Below are positions 7,029-16,838 of a DNA stretch of 55,442 bases, in pieces. The notes beneath the pieces were generated by a model. That model made no database searches and was not told the DNA's origin. It worked only from the letters and a program-made list of their open reading frames with translations. The stretch comes from an uncultured Actinomycetota bacterium. GTDB lineage: Bacteria > Actinomycetota > Humimicrobiia > Humimicrobiales > Humimicrobiaceae. Made by a program: the position numbers and the translations under genes. The first letter of the stretch is position 1. Each line of letters starts with the position of its first letter. The stretch spans positions 1 to 55,442 of the forward strand of contig CAYREF010000006.1 of NCBI GenBank assembly GCA_964423265.1, read 5' to 3'.

Positions 7029-9065
7029 CTGCTTTCAATCGGCATAGATGTTGGCGGAACTTTTACTGATTTCGTAGTATATGACAGTAATAAGAATAAG
7101 GTAAAGGCTTTTAAGGTACTTTCCAACAAAACCCATTCCTGGAATCCGGTAATACAGGGATTAAGGGAGATAAATGCTAGTGGGAAAATAAGGGATATCA
7201 GACATGGAACCACTGTAGGAACAAATGCTATTATCGAAAGGAAGGGCAGCAAAACCGCCCTTATAACCACCAAAGGATTTAGGGACTTATTAGAAATAGG
7301 CAGGCAAAAAAGACCTGAACTTTATAACCTCCGTGGCAGAAAGCCAGAGCCATTAATTAGCAGGGATTGGCGGCTGGAGGTAGAAGAGAGGATTGATGCT
7401 AGAGGCAAAGTACTTATTCCTTTAAATGCTAATGATCTTGGAGCTGGTATAGAAAAAATTAAGCAGGGAGGTATTGAGTCCGTAGCGATTTTGTTTTTGC
7501 ATTCATATGCTAACAATAGCCACGAGAAGAAAGCCGCTAAAATTGTAAAGGATAAGTTTCCATCTGCCTATTTGGCTGTATCCTCTGAGCTTATACCTGA
7601 ATTCAGGGAATATGAGAGATTAACTACCACCGTGCTAAATGCATATTTAGGACCTGTACTGATAAATTACTTATCTAAACTAGTTAAAGGGATTAAAAAA
7701 ATTAGAAGCGGTGCCCCCATATATATTAGCCAGTCAGATGGAGGGATTAGCTCTCCCAAAAGCATTGCTAGCTTTCCTGTAAGGACTGCTTACTCTGGAC
7801 CCAGTGCAGGGGTAGTTGGTTCAGCTGCACTGGCTGAAGAAAAGAAAATAGGGAGGAACATAATCTCACTGGATATTGGTGGCACCAGTACTGATGTGGC
7901 CTTGGTAAAAGATTTTAAGCCTGCTAAAACCGTGGAAAAAGAGATTCTAGGCTTCCCCATAAAATTTCCCACTGTTGATATACTGACAATTGGGGCGGGG
8001 GGAGGTAGTATCGCATCTGTGGAATATGGCCACCTTAAGGTGGGCCCTGGAAGTGCTGGGGCAAATCCTGGCCCTGCTTGTTATAATAGAGAAGGCCGTG
8101 AGCCTACAGTAACTGATGCAAATCTTATCCTGGGGTTAATAGGCGAGGATACTATGCTGGGAAATAAGATAAGCCTGGACAGGCAAAAAGCTGAAAAAGC
8201 TATAAAGGAAAAAATCTGTTACCCTTTTGACTGGAGCATAGAAGAAGGGGCCTGGGCAATTAATAGGATAATTTCTGATAATATTTCCAATGAAATCCGC
8301 AAGATTACTTTATCTCAGGGGATAAATCCCGGAAGCTTGAAAATGGTAGCATATGGTGGGGCTGGCCCTATGCACGCTGCCGATATTTGCAGAGATCTGG
8401 GGATAGGAAATGCAGTAATTCCTGCAAATCCCGGTGTTTTTTCAGCCGCAGGCTTGTTTAGCTGTAATAAAACTATGGATTTTGTAACTGCTTATAGCAA
8501 ACATGGCCGGACCGGACTAAAAAAAGCAATAAAGGGGCTGAGTATTAAAGGCAGGCGGTGGTTTGGAAAAGAGAACATACCCAAGAGCAGCCAAAAGATG
8601 GACTTCTTTGCTGATATGAGGTACAGGGGACAGAATTATGAAATAAATGTGCCAATTCCTAGCTTAAATACGGGAAATGATAAAATTTGGAATAACCTGG
8701 TGGAAAGCTTTAATAAAAAACATTCACAGGTTTATGGCCATTTTAAAAAAGGAGCAGCTATAGAGATAGTAAATATTAGGTTAAAATGCATTGGCAGGTC
8801 AAAAATAAAAGTTAAACATAACTTTATGCAAAAGGCTAAGGGAGCGCCGATAAAGGGGTATAGGGACATTATGTTTCTGGGTTCGGGTGGAAGGATAAGG
8901 ACTCCCATATATGACAAAATGAGGATGGATGCGGCAAGAAAAATAGAGGGGCCGGCAGTTATTGAACAAGTAGATTCAACCATAGTAATACCCCCGCAAG
9001 ATTCTGCTGTAATGGGTGAGGATGGGGATCTGGTTATAAACATATTTAAGGGGCAAAATGGATAA
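7029..9065 (+). CDS. hyuA: Hydantoinase/oxoprolinase A subunit (HyuA family); start codon uncertain and non-canonical
   Basis: The frame is open from 6951. The conserved N-terminus 'GKLLSIGIDVGGTFTDFVVYD' is encoded at 7023-7085. The first ATG/GTG/TTG in frame is TTG at 7491, which is the track's start. Candidate starts are ATA 7017, CTG 7029 and ATC 7038, downstream of or overlapping GGGGGA at 7020-7025. Confidence 0.75.
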   Translation: MLSIGIDVGGTFTDFVVYDSNKNKVKAFKVLSNKTHSWNPVIQGLREINASGKIRDIRHGTTVGTNAIIERKGSKTALITTKGFRDLLEIGRQKRPELYNLRGRKPEPLISRDWRLEVEERIDARGKVLIPLNANDLGAGIEKIKQGGIESVAILFLHSYANNSHEKKAAKIVKDKFPSAYLAVSSELIPEFREYERLTTTVLNAYLGPVLINYLSKLVKGIKKIRSGAPIYISQSDGGISSPKSIASFPVRTAYSGPSAGVVGSAALAEEKKIGRNIISLDIGGTSTDVALVKDFKPAKTVEKEILGFPIKFPTVDILTIGAGGGSIASVEYGHLKVGPGSAGANPGPACYNREGREPTVTDANLILGLIGEDTMLGNKISLDRQKAEKAIKEKICYPFDWSIEEGAWAINRIISDNISNEIRKITLSQGINPGSLKMVAYGGAGPMHAADICRDLGIGNAVIPANPGVFSAAGLFSCNKTMDFVTAYSKHGRTGLKKAIKGLSIKGRRWFGKENIPKSSQKMDFFADMRYRGQNYEINVPIPSLNTGNDKIWNNLVESFNKKHSQVYGHFKKGAAIEIVNIRLKCIGRSKIKVKHNFMQKAKGAPIKGYRDIMFLGSGGRIRTPIYDKMRMDAARKIEGPAVIEQVDSTIVIPPQDSAVMGEDGDLVINIFKGQNG

Positions 9066-10686
9066 CACGGGCATTGTTGTGTTGCAGGTAATACAGAACA
9101 GGCTGAAGGCAATAGCAGAATTAATGGGACAGGTGCTGGTAAGGAGTGCTTTCTCTGCAAATATTAAAGAAAGAAGGGATTGCTCTACTGCCATATTTGA
9201 CAAGGAGGGACAGTTAATAGCCCAGGCAGAGCATATACCTTTGCATCTTGGTTCAATGTTGGGTGTGGTAAGGGAAGTTCTTAAAGAGTATGGGAAAGAT
9301 ATAAGGCAAGGAGATGTTTTTATTGCCAATGATCCCTACAAAGGGGGTACCCACTTGCCCGACATAACATTGGTCAGCCCCTTCTTTTACAGGGGAAAAC
9401 TCCAGGGCTTTGCTGCAAACATAGCCCACCACTCAGACATGGGGGGAGCTATGCCTGGGGGAATATCAGGAAATGCTAAGTCTATTTATGAGGAAGGTTT
9501 GAGAATTCCTCCCGTAAAGTTAATATACCAGGGTAGGCCGGACAAGGAATTATTGCGCCTTATTTATATAAATTGCAGGGTTCCCGGAGAGAGACAAGCA
9601 GATTTAGATGCACAAGTTGCTACCAACAAAATGGGCATCAAGCACCTAAATGAATTATGGGAAAAATACGGCTCTATAAAAATTAGCAAAGCCATAAGTG
9701 AGTGTATGGATTATACAGAGAGCAGGTTAAGGGATAAAATCAGAAATTTAAGAGATGGCACATACAAGTTTGCGGACAAACTTGATGATGACGGGGTTAC
9801 AGACAAGCCAATTGACATAAGGGTTTTAATAAATATAGAAGGGGACCGAATAGTTTTTGATTTTACTGGTACGGACCAGCAGAGCAAAGGTGCTATAAAC
9901 GTAGTAAGATCTGCTTTGGTGGCCACTATTTTTTATGTGTTAAAAGCTTTTTTTGATCCGGAACTGCCAGCAAATTCAGGGATTGAAAGGGTGATAGAAA
10001 TAAAAGTGCCTGACGGTAGCATAATAAACCCTTCCCCTGGTGCAGCAGTGGGAGCCAGGACTGATACATGCCAAAGGATTGCCGGAACTATAATTGGTGC
10101 ATTGAATAAGGCTGACTCAAATAAGGCTGTAGCTGGATCTAATGATGCTAGCACTGCAGTGGTATTTTCAGATGGCCAAACTTTTGTTTATGTGGAAGCA
10201 GTAGCTGGCGGTGCTGGTGCCTATGAAGGGGGAGATGGAATGGATGCTGTGCAAGTCCATATAACTAATACATCTAATTTGCCTATCGAAGCACTGGAAA
10301 GAGAATTTCCCATAATGGTGGAAAAATATGAGCTCATACCGGATTCAGGAGGAAGAGGAAAGTTTAGGGGAGGGTTGGGGTTGGTAAGGAGGATCAAGGT
10401 GTTGAAGGATGGAATTATTTTTTCCTCACATGGGGATAGACATAAATTTCCGCCCTGGGGGTGGAACGGGGGAATGCATGGTAAGACCGGACGGTTTTTG
10501 TTGAATAATAAAACCGTACTACCTTCAAAATCCTCAAATATCTTATTAGGCAAGGGTGATACAATTGATGTAGAAACCCCTGGTGGGGGAGGATTCATGG
10601 ACTATTCAGAAAGGGCAGAAGCTTTAATTGCTAAAGATTTAAAAGAAGGAAAAATGGTGGGGGAATATGAACAAAGAAAAAGTTAA
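9058..10686 (+). CDS. hyuB: Hydantoinase B/oxoprolinase family protein
   Basis: 'NDPYKGGTHLPDITL' and 'GGGG' C-terminal blocks typical of HyuB. 8-nt overlap with hyuA. Confidence 0.85.
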   Translation: MDNTGIVVLQVIQNRLKAIAELMGQVLVRSAFSANIKERRDCSTAIFDKEGQLIAQAEHIPLHLGSMLGVVREVLKEYGKDIRQGDVFIANDPYKGGTHLPDITLVSPFFYRGKLQGFAANIAHHSDMGGAMPGGISGNAKSIYEEGLRIPPVKLIYQGRPDKELLRLIYINCRVPGERQADLDAQVATNKMGIKHLNELWEKYGSIKISKAISECMDYTESRLRDKIRNLRDGTYKFADKLDDDGVTDKPIDIRVLINIEGDRIVFDFTGTDQQSKGAINVVRSALVATIFYVLKAFFDPELPANSGIERVIEIKVPDGSIINPSPGAAVGARTDTCQRIAGTIIGALNKADSNKAVAGSNDASTAVVFSDGQTFVYVEAVAGGAGAYEGGDGMDAVQVHITNTSNLPIEALEREFPIMVEKYELIPDSGGRGKFRGGLGLVRRIKVLKDGIIFSSHGDRHKFPPWGWNGGMHGKTGRFLLNNKTVLPSKSSNILLGKGDTIDVETPGGGGFMDYSERAEALIAKDLKEGKMVGEYEQRKS

Positions 10687-11923
10687 ACTGTTTATTACAG
10701 GCGCTATATTTGTAATTTTTATATTTAGCATATCTTGTGCTCCTGAACTACATTTTGGAGAACTGGCAATTTGCCAAGACATTGACCATGAGACAAATGA
10801 ACCCAAAGGTTCTAAGGTTTTATACAATGCAGAAGAAGAGAGTATTCACGCAACTATTTTATGCAAAGGAGCCAAAGCTAGTGATGTGTATAGTTTTAAA
10901 TGGATTAATATTACAACAGGGGAAACACTTTTAGACGAGTCATCTGAATATAAAGATGGGCGGGGTTACTTTGAAGGTTACGTGGCTTCCAGCATACATA
11001 CTACAGAAGAGGTAAAATTATTCCCACCGGGCAATTATAATGTAGAATTTTTCCATAATGGTAAACTGGAAAAAGAAAAAAGCTTTATGGTGCAGCAGCC
11101 ACAGGTAAAAATACTTGAGGTATCTTTGGCAAGTGAAACCGATATTTCTGGAGCACCGGCTAATATTACCAGGCAATTCAATGAAGGGGAAACAGTTTAT
11201 GCTTGCATTAAGAGTAATTATTTAATATCGGGAAATACAATTACAGCTAAGTGGTATTCGGAAGATGGGGAGACGGTCTTTGAAACCTCCAAAACGTTAG
11301 AAGAGGATTATTATGAAGAAAGTTATACTGTTTTTAATTTAACCAACTCGGAAGGGGTTCTTACTTCTGGAGATCATAAAGTGGAAGTTTACTTAAATGA
11401 TTCTCTCTACGACAGCTATGAATTTACCATTTCTGAATCCCTAGATTTATTTTCCACAGGCCAAACTTACATTAATGATAAATTTCAATTTAGCGTAGCT
11501 ATTCCTGATGGTTGGTCTTATAGTGAAAATGAAAATGATGAAAAGATACAAGTAGGCTTACAGACAGAAGAAAAGATACCAGTAGGTTTTTCTCTAATTG
11601 CAAGCACAGCATCCGATAAACCTCAAAAAGAGGACTATTCATCTTTCTCAAATACGGTTTTGCAAGGGATGACAGCCGGCAGTAATTGGAGCAAGACTAA
11701 CCAAGTAGAAAATGAGTTTAAGACTGCCAATGTCATCAAAGTTGATGAATTTGTTTATACCTACCATGATCCGGATGGCAATGAATGGATAATGGTAACA
11801 GCTTTTGCCGAAAACAATGATGTGTTATATATAATTTTTGGGATGGCAAGATATGATTATTATGAAATGGCAGATGACATATATCACGGAATGCTAAGCT
11901 CCCTAGAATTTAACGGCTCCTAA
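10667..11923 (+). CDS. Predicted lipoprotein of unknown function (paralog of 31591..32811)
   Basis: Signal peptide with lipobox 'IFSISC'. Clear by-eye homology to the 31591 ORF ('C.PE..FG.L.IC......EP.G......E.SI.A.......A.D...FKWI', 'PG.Y.VEF.HNG'). Confidence 0.6.
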   Translation: MNKEKVKLFITGAIFVIFIFSISCAPELHFGELAICQDIDHETNEPKGSKVLYNAEEESIHATILCKGAKASDVYSFKWINITTGETLLDESSEYKDGRGYFEGYVASSIHTTEEVKLFPPGNYNVEFFHNGKLEKEKSFMVQQPQVKILEVSLASETDISGAPANITRQFNEGETVYACIKSNYLISGNTITAKWYSEDGETVFETSKTLEEDYYEESYTVFNLTNSEGVLTSGDHKVEVYLNDSLYDSYEFTISESLDLFSTGQTYINDKFQFSVAIPDGWSYSENENDEKIQVGLQTEEKIPVGFSLIASTASDKPQKEDYSSFSNTVLQGMTAGSNWSKTNQVENEFKTANVIKVDEFVYTYHDPDGNEWIMVTAFAENNDVLYIIFGMARYDYYEMADDIYHGMLSSLEFNGS

Positions 11924-11994
11924 TCTTTTTTGGTTTGAAACATTTTCCTTTTTATTTATATAATAAAAACACAAAATATAAATTTTAATAAAAA

Positions 11995-13023
11995 ATGGCA
12001 AATAAAAAAGAACTAAGCATCAAGGAAATAGCCAAACTGGCAGGAGTTTCCAAAGCTACTGTTTCAAATGCTTTAAGCGGAAAAAGACATGTAAAACCCT
12101 CTACTAAAGAGAAAATCCTCAAGCTGGTTAAAAAATATAACTATCGCCCTAGTGCAATTGCAAGGGGTTTGTGCCAGAAAAAAACCAGCATGATCGGGGT
12201 TATAATAGCAGATATTTATAACCCGTATTATTCGGAAGTTATAAAAGGGATAGAGGCAGAGGTCAAAAAAAATGACTATATATTAATAGTGGGCTCAACT
12301 AATTATAAAATAGAAAATGAGATAAAGGAGTTTGAAAGGTTAAATTCCTTATGCATTGACGGATTTATATTTATAAGCTCCCAAAATGACCAAAAGAGGA
12401 TAGAAGAAATAAATACCAGGAATGTGCCTATTGTATTCATAGATAGGGAGATTAAAAATTATTCCTCTGTACTGATAAATAATAAAAAGGCTATGGAAAA
12501 AGCAGTGGCTTTTTTACAGGAAAAGGGCCATAAAAAAATAGGCTATGTCGGGTCTAAGGGTTATACCTATAATATAGACCACCGCTACAAGGGCTATTTA
12601 TCAGGATTGAAAAAGAATAATTTAAACTGTGACAAAAACCTTATCTTCCTCAGCGAAAAAATGGCCACAAATGAATTTAATATAGGCTATAGGCTTATAG
12701 ACAGTTATATTAAAAAAAATGAAGAATTAGGATTTACGGCACTGATAAGCCAGGCTGATATAATTGCTTTTGGCATTATAAGAGCTTTACAGGATAATGG
12801 GTTTAATGTTCCTGAGGATGTCTCTGTAGTAGGTTTTGACAATATCCACTCTTCAAGATTTTCCAATCCAAGACTCACCACTGTAAACCAGCCCAAAAGG
12901 AAGATGGGAAAGATAGGGGCAAGGATACTGCTTAAAGAGCTTTCAAACGGCAAAAAGGCAAAAGACTTAGTGTACTTGGATGCTGTTGTGGTGGAAAGGG
13001 AATCAACTATTATGGTTAATTAG
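11995..13023 (+). CDS. LacI family transcriptional regulator
   Basis: N-terminal HTH 'IKEIAKLAGVSKATVSNALSG' and a periplasmic-binding-like C-terminal domain ('VGFDNI'). Confidence 0.85.
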   Translation: MANKKELSIKEIAKLAGVSKATVSNALSGKRHVKPSTKEKILKLVKKYNYRPSAIARGLCQKKTSMIGVIIADIYNPYYSEVIKGIEAEVKKNDYILIVGSTNYKIENEIKEFERLNSLCIDGFIFISSQNDQKRIEEINTRNVPIVFIDREIKNYSSVLINNKKAMEKAVAFLQEKGHKKIGYVGSKGYTYNIDHRYKGYLSGLKKNNLNCDKNLIFLSEKMATNEFNIGYRLIDSYIKKNEELGFTALISQADIIAFGIIRALQDNGFNVPEDVSVVGFDNIHSSRFSNPRLTTVNQPKRKMGKIGARILLKELSNGKKAKDLVYLDAVVVERESTIMVN

Positions 13024-14718
13024 ATGGCAGAAAAAATAAAATGCAGGGGCATGGATATAGATGTTGGATTGCTGGCAGCTGAGATATTGGAAACCCAAAC
13101 TAAACTCCAGCCAGAATTAAAACAAAAATATTCAAAAAAAGATTTTGAAGTTTGCAAAAAGGATATAGGCTACCATCTTAATTACTTATGCCAAGCTCTT
13201 TCTTGCGATAGCCTTCCTTTATTTCTGGACTATGTAAATTGGGCTACAGTTATGCTGGCTGAACGTGGCGTGCATGCAAGTGATTTTGTTAAGAACCTGG
13301 AAAGCATGATTAAGGTTTTCAGGCAAAGATTGCTTGGTGCCCTGGGGACAGACGCTATAAGTTATATAAAGCAAGCCATCAGGATAGTCAAGGAAGACAG
13401 GGCTAAGGCGGAAACTTTTATATCCCCCGGTAATAAATATTATAACCTGGCTAAGAATTACCTTGATGCTATCCTGGAGGGTGAAAAAGAAAAAGCCAGT
13501 TACCTGATATCAGAAGCAATAAAAGGGGAGGCAAGGCTAGAAGATATTTACCTCTATGTATTCCAGCCCGGCCAGTATGAGCTAGGCAGGCTATGGCAAA
13601 CAAGGAAAATAGATGTGGCAACTGAACATTACGGGACTGCAATTACCCATTCTATAATGGCCCAGCTGTATCCCCGGATTTTATCTTCTGAGAAGATGGG
13701 CTTAAGGTTTCTTGGAGCTTGCATAAATGGGGAACAGCATGAAATAGGCATAAGGATGCTCACAGACCTTTTAGAATTGAAGGGCTGGGACACTTATTAT
13801 TTAGGCTCCAATACCCCACCTGGAAGCATTATAAAAAAGATTAAGGAAAGGGAAATAGACCTGGCAGGGATATCTGCAACCATGACCTATAATCTGAGCA
13901 ATGTTGAGGATTTGATTAAAAAAATCCGGTCTGAGGCAGGGGATGTAAAAATAATGGTTGGCGGGTACCCATTTAGGGTTGATGAAAACCTATGGAAGGC
14001 AATAGGTGCAGACGGCTATGGTAGGGATGCCGGGCAAGCCTCCAGGCAGGCAACAAGCTTGGTAAAAAAAGGTAAAATAGCCAGGAAAGCAAAGGCAGGC
14101 CAAAGTTTTGTCAGCAGCAGCAAGACAGAAGCACAAAACAAGAAAAGGCTGTATTCCAAGCTGGCTGCTATCAACAATGAACTTTTAACTGCCCAGAGGA
14201 AATTAGAGAAAAAAAATATAGAACTTGAAAAATTAAACCAAGAGCTGGAGGAGATAGCCATTAGAGATCCTTTAACCAAACTTTATAACCGCAGGTTTTT
14301 CTACCAAAAAATTGAAGAAGAAATAAATAGGGCAAAGAGGTTAAATTACGGCATGGTGGTTGCTATGGTTGATATAAATAATTTTAAGCAGGTTAATGAC
14401 AGCCATGGTCATGAAGCGGGGGACAAGGTGCTAAAGAAATTTGCAAGCATTGTTGAAAATAATTTGAGGAAAGGGATAGATTCAGCGTACCGGTGGGGAG
14501 GGGATGAATTTTTAATTTTGCTGGTAGACAGCAATCTGGAAAAAGCAGAAAAAGTTTTAAAAAGATTGGATAGTAACTTAAGGAGTTATCTATCGGAGGT
14601 TTCACTTTCTTATGGTTTTGAAAAAATAAGCAGGCTGGGCAGGGTGGATATGGAAAAAATCATAAAAATTGTGGATAATAAGATGTATGAATATAAAAAA
14701 AAGCAGAAAAAAATATAG
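13024..14718 (+). CDS. Cobalamin-binding (CarH-like) sensor domain fused to a GGDEF diguanylate cyclase
   Basis: W-x9-EH ('WQTRKIDVATEH', nt 13594-13629). E-x-H-x-x-G ('EQHEIG', nt 13732-13749) followed by the Rossmann-like B12 block 'GSNTP...GISATM'. A coiled-coil linker. 'RWGGDEFLILL' (GGDEF at nt 14497-14511). Confidence 0.8.
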   Translation: MAEKIKCRGMDIDVGLLAAEILETQTKLQPELKQKYSKKDFEVCKKDIGYHLNYLCQALSCDSLPLFLDYVNWATVMLAERGVHASDFVKNLESMIKVFRQRLLGALGTDAISYIKQAIRIVKEDRAKAETFISPGNKYYNLAKNYLDAILEGEKEKASYLISEAIKGEARLEDIYLYVFQPGQYELGRLWQTRKIDVATEHYGTAITHSIMAQLYPRILSSEKMGLRFLGACINGEQHEIGIRMLTDLLELKGWDTYYLGSNTPPGSIIKKIKEREIDLAGISATMTYNLSNVEDLIKKIRSEAGDVKIMVGGYPFRVDENLWKAIGADGYGRDAGQASRQATSLVKKGKIARKAKAGQSFVSSSKTEAQNKKRLYSKLAAINNELLTAQRKLEKKNIELEKLNQELEEIAIRDPLTKLYNRRFFYQKIEEEINRAKRLNYGMVVAMVDINNFKQVNDSHGHEAGDKVLKKFASIVENNLRKGIDSAYRWGGDEFLILLVDSNLEKAEKVLKRLDSNLRSYLSEVSLSYGFEKISRLGRVDMEKIIKIVDNKMYEYKKKQKKI

Positions 14719-15586
14719 CAATATTTTAATTTTTTTCATAGCATTTCTTATCTCCATTATTACCATCGCTGGCATCAGTTCATGTCAGAAAAGCAAAAGC
14801 GACGCTGGAGCAGATAAAATAATAATAGCTGCTACTATTTACCCCCTGTATGACATTGCAAAAAATATAGTAGGCAACAAGGGAGAGGTTTATTACATTA
14901 TAAATCCTGGAGAAAGTCCACATACTTTTGAATTTACTTCAGGCAGGATAAAGAAAATACACGATGCTGATATTGCCATTAAAATTGGCCTGGGTCTTGA
15001 TGATTGGATAAATGATTCTATAAAAAGCATTGGGACCACCCTGGACATATATGCTGTAAACAAAGGTATAGAATTAATAGATGGAAATCCTCATATATGG
15101 CTTTCCCTTGCCAACGGGCAGGTAATATCCGAAAACCTGTGTAGTGTACTGGTAAAAGAATTTCCGCAGTATAGCGAGGATTTTAGGGAAAACTGTGCCA
15201 GCTATATTAAAAAGCTGGAATCTTTAAATTCTAGCTATAAAGAGGAAGCTAAGAATTTTAACAAAAAGGAATTCATAGCTTTCCATGATGCCTGGAGCTA
15301 TTTTTCCAAAGACCTGGGGATAAAGCAAGTTATGGCTATTGAGCCTTTTCCGGGAAAAGAGCCCACCCCTGATCATCTAATAGAAATACAGAAAGTAATA
15401 AAAGAATATAATATCAGCACTATTTTTATCGAGCCCCAGCTCTCTCCGGAAATAGTGGAGTTCTTAGCAGAAGACATGGACTTAAAAATTTTAATTCTAG
15501 ACCCGTTGGGAGGAGTTGAAGGGAGGCAAACGTACACTGAGCTGATGGCTTTTAATTTCAACCAATTTAGAAAAACGCTAAAATAA
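14687..15586 (+). CDS. Metal ABC transporter substrate-binding lipoprotein (ZnuA/TroA family)
   Basis: Lipobox 'IAGISSC'. 'PHIWLS' and 'FHDAWSYF' motifs of cluster-9 SBPs. The ATG at 14687 is preferred over the track's TTG at 14669. No cognate permease or ATPase in the window. Confidence 0.75.
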   Translation: MNIKKSRKKYSNILIFFIAFLISIITIAGISSCQKSKSDAGADKIIIAATIYPLYDIAKNIVGNKGEVYYIINPGESPHTFEFTSGRIKKIHDADIAIKIGLGLDDWINDSIKSIGTTLDIYAVNKGIELIDGNPHIWLSLANGQVISENLCSVLVKEFPQYSEDFRENCASYIKKLESLNSSYKEEAKNFNKKEFIAFHDAWSYFSKDLGIKQVMAIEPFPGKEPTPDHLIEIQKVIKEYNISTIFIEPQLSPEIVEFLAEDMDLKILILDPLGGVEGRQTYTELMAFNFNQFRKTLK

Positions 15587-15615
15587 TTTCTTTTTATATT
15601 TGAAATTAGGGAGAG

Positions 15616-16761
15616 ATGGAAAAGAAAATTTTTTTTATTCTGTTTTTAATTTCCCTCTTTTTACTACCGCAGGGCTATCTTTACCCTGATTCGCTTGAGG
15701 ACCAGCTAGACGAGGTAAAAAAAGAAAAGGAAGAAACGCAGCAGCAAATAAAGGAGATTAAGGAAGAGGAAGAAGAGTATATTGACCAGTTAAATGAAGT
15801 TGAAGGCAGGATGCTCTATATCTTGGGTGAGCTTGAAGAATACAGGCGCCAGCTTGGGGAGATAAGGATAGAAATAAATAGGACTAATCTGGAATTGGAG
15901 CTGAAAGAAAAAGAGTTGAAACGCACAGAGGAAAATTTACAGCATAAAATTCATGTCCTAAATGAAAGAGTTAAAAATATTTATAAAAATAGGAATATAA
16001 ACTTTTTGGAGGTAATTTTAAATTCAGAGAATTTTATAGATTTTATAGCAAGATTTAAGCTTATGTTGAGGATTGCAGAGCAGGATGTAAAAATTATTAG
16101 AGAAATAAAAGCTCATAAAGAGGAAATATCCGATATTAAGCAAAATATATCGGATTTAAACCAGGAGCAACGAAAACAGGAAGCAGAAATAGAAAGGCTT
16201 ATAGAAAATTCAGAAAACAAGAAAAATCAATTAGAACAGGTTTATCAGGAAAAATTGGCAGTATTAGAAAAGACTAAACAAGACAAGGCTACATTGGTAG
16301 CGATGGAGAAACAGCTTATAGCCAAGGAAAGTGAACTAAAGAAAAAACTTGAAAGTTATAGATACGGAAATGCCCCGGGAGGAAAATTTGCCTGGCCTGC
16401 TAACGGCATCCTAACCTCGGGTTTTGGAAACAGACCAAATCCAGTGCTAGGTGTTTCAAGGATGCATACGGGAATAGATATCGCGGCTGATGAGGGAACG
16501 CCTGTAATAGCGGCTGAAGCCGGGGAGGTAATAGAAGCTGTATATACGGAGGGCTATGGTTATTCATTACTTCTATACCATGGTGGGGGATTTGCTACTT
16601 TTTATGCGCATCTTTCCGGTTTTGCCGTATCCCCCGGCCAAACTGTGAGCAGAGGCCAGGTCATCAGTTATGTGGGAACAACTGGCTGGACAACGGGGCC
16701 ACACCTCCATTTTGAGGTCTGGGTTAACGGAGTTGTAAAAAATCCTTTAAGCTATCTATAA
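15616..16761 (+). CDS. M23 family peptidoglycan metalloendopeptidase with N-terminal coiled coil (EnvC-like)
   Basis: Signal peptide, long Glu/Lys-rich coiled coil, and C-terminal 'HTGIDIAADEGTPV ... GPHLHFEV' LytM motifs. Confidence 0.8.
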   Translation: MEKKIFFILFLISLFLLPQGYLYPDSLEDQLDEVKKEKEETQQQIKEIKEEEEEYIDQLNEVEGRMLYILGELEEYRRQLGEIRIEINRTNLELELKEKELKRTEENLQHKIHVLNERVKNIYKNRNINFLEVILNSENFIDFIARFKLMLRIAEQDVKIIREIKAHKEEISDIKQNISDLNQEQRKQEAEIERLIENSENKKNQLEQVYQEKLAVLEKTKQDKATLVAMEKQLIAKESELKKKLESYRYGNAPGGKFAWPANGILTSGFGNRPNPVLGVSRMHTGIDIAADEGTPVIAAEAGEVIEAVYTEGYGYSLLLYHGGGFATFYAHLSGFAVSPGQTVSRGQVISYVGTTGWTTGPHLHFEVWVNGVVKNPLSYL

Positions 16762-16838
16762 ATGCAAATATTTTCTATAATAGCTAAAAGGTTCCTAGCT
16801 TAAAAAATTGCTGGTTAGCTAGGGTAAGGAAAGTTCAT

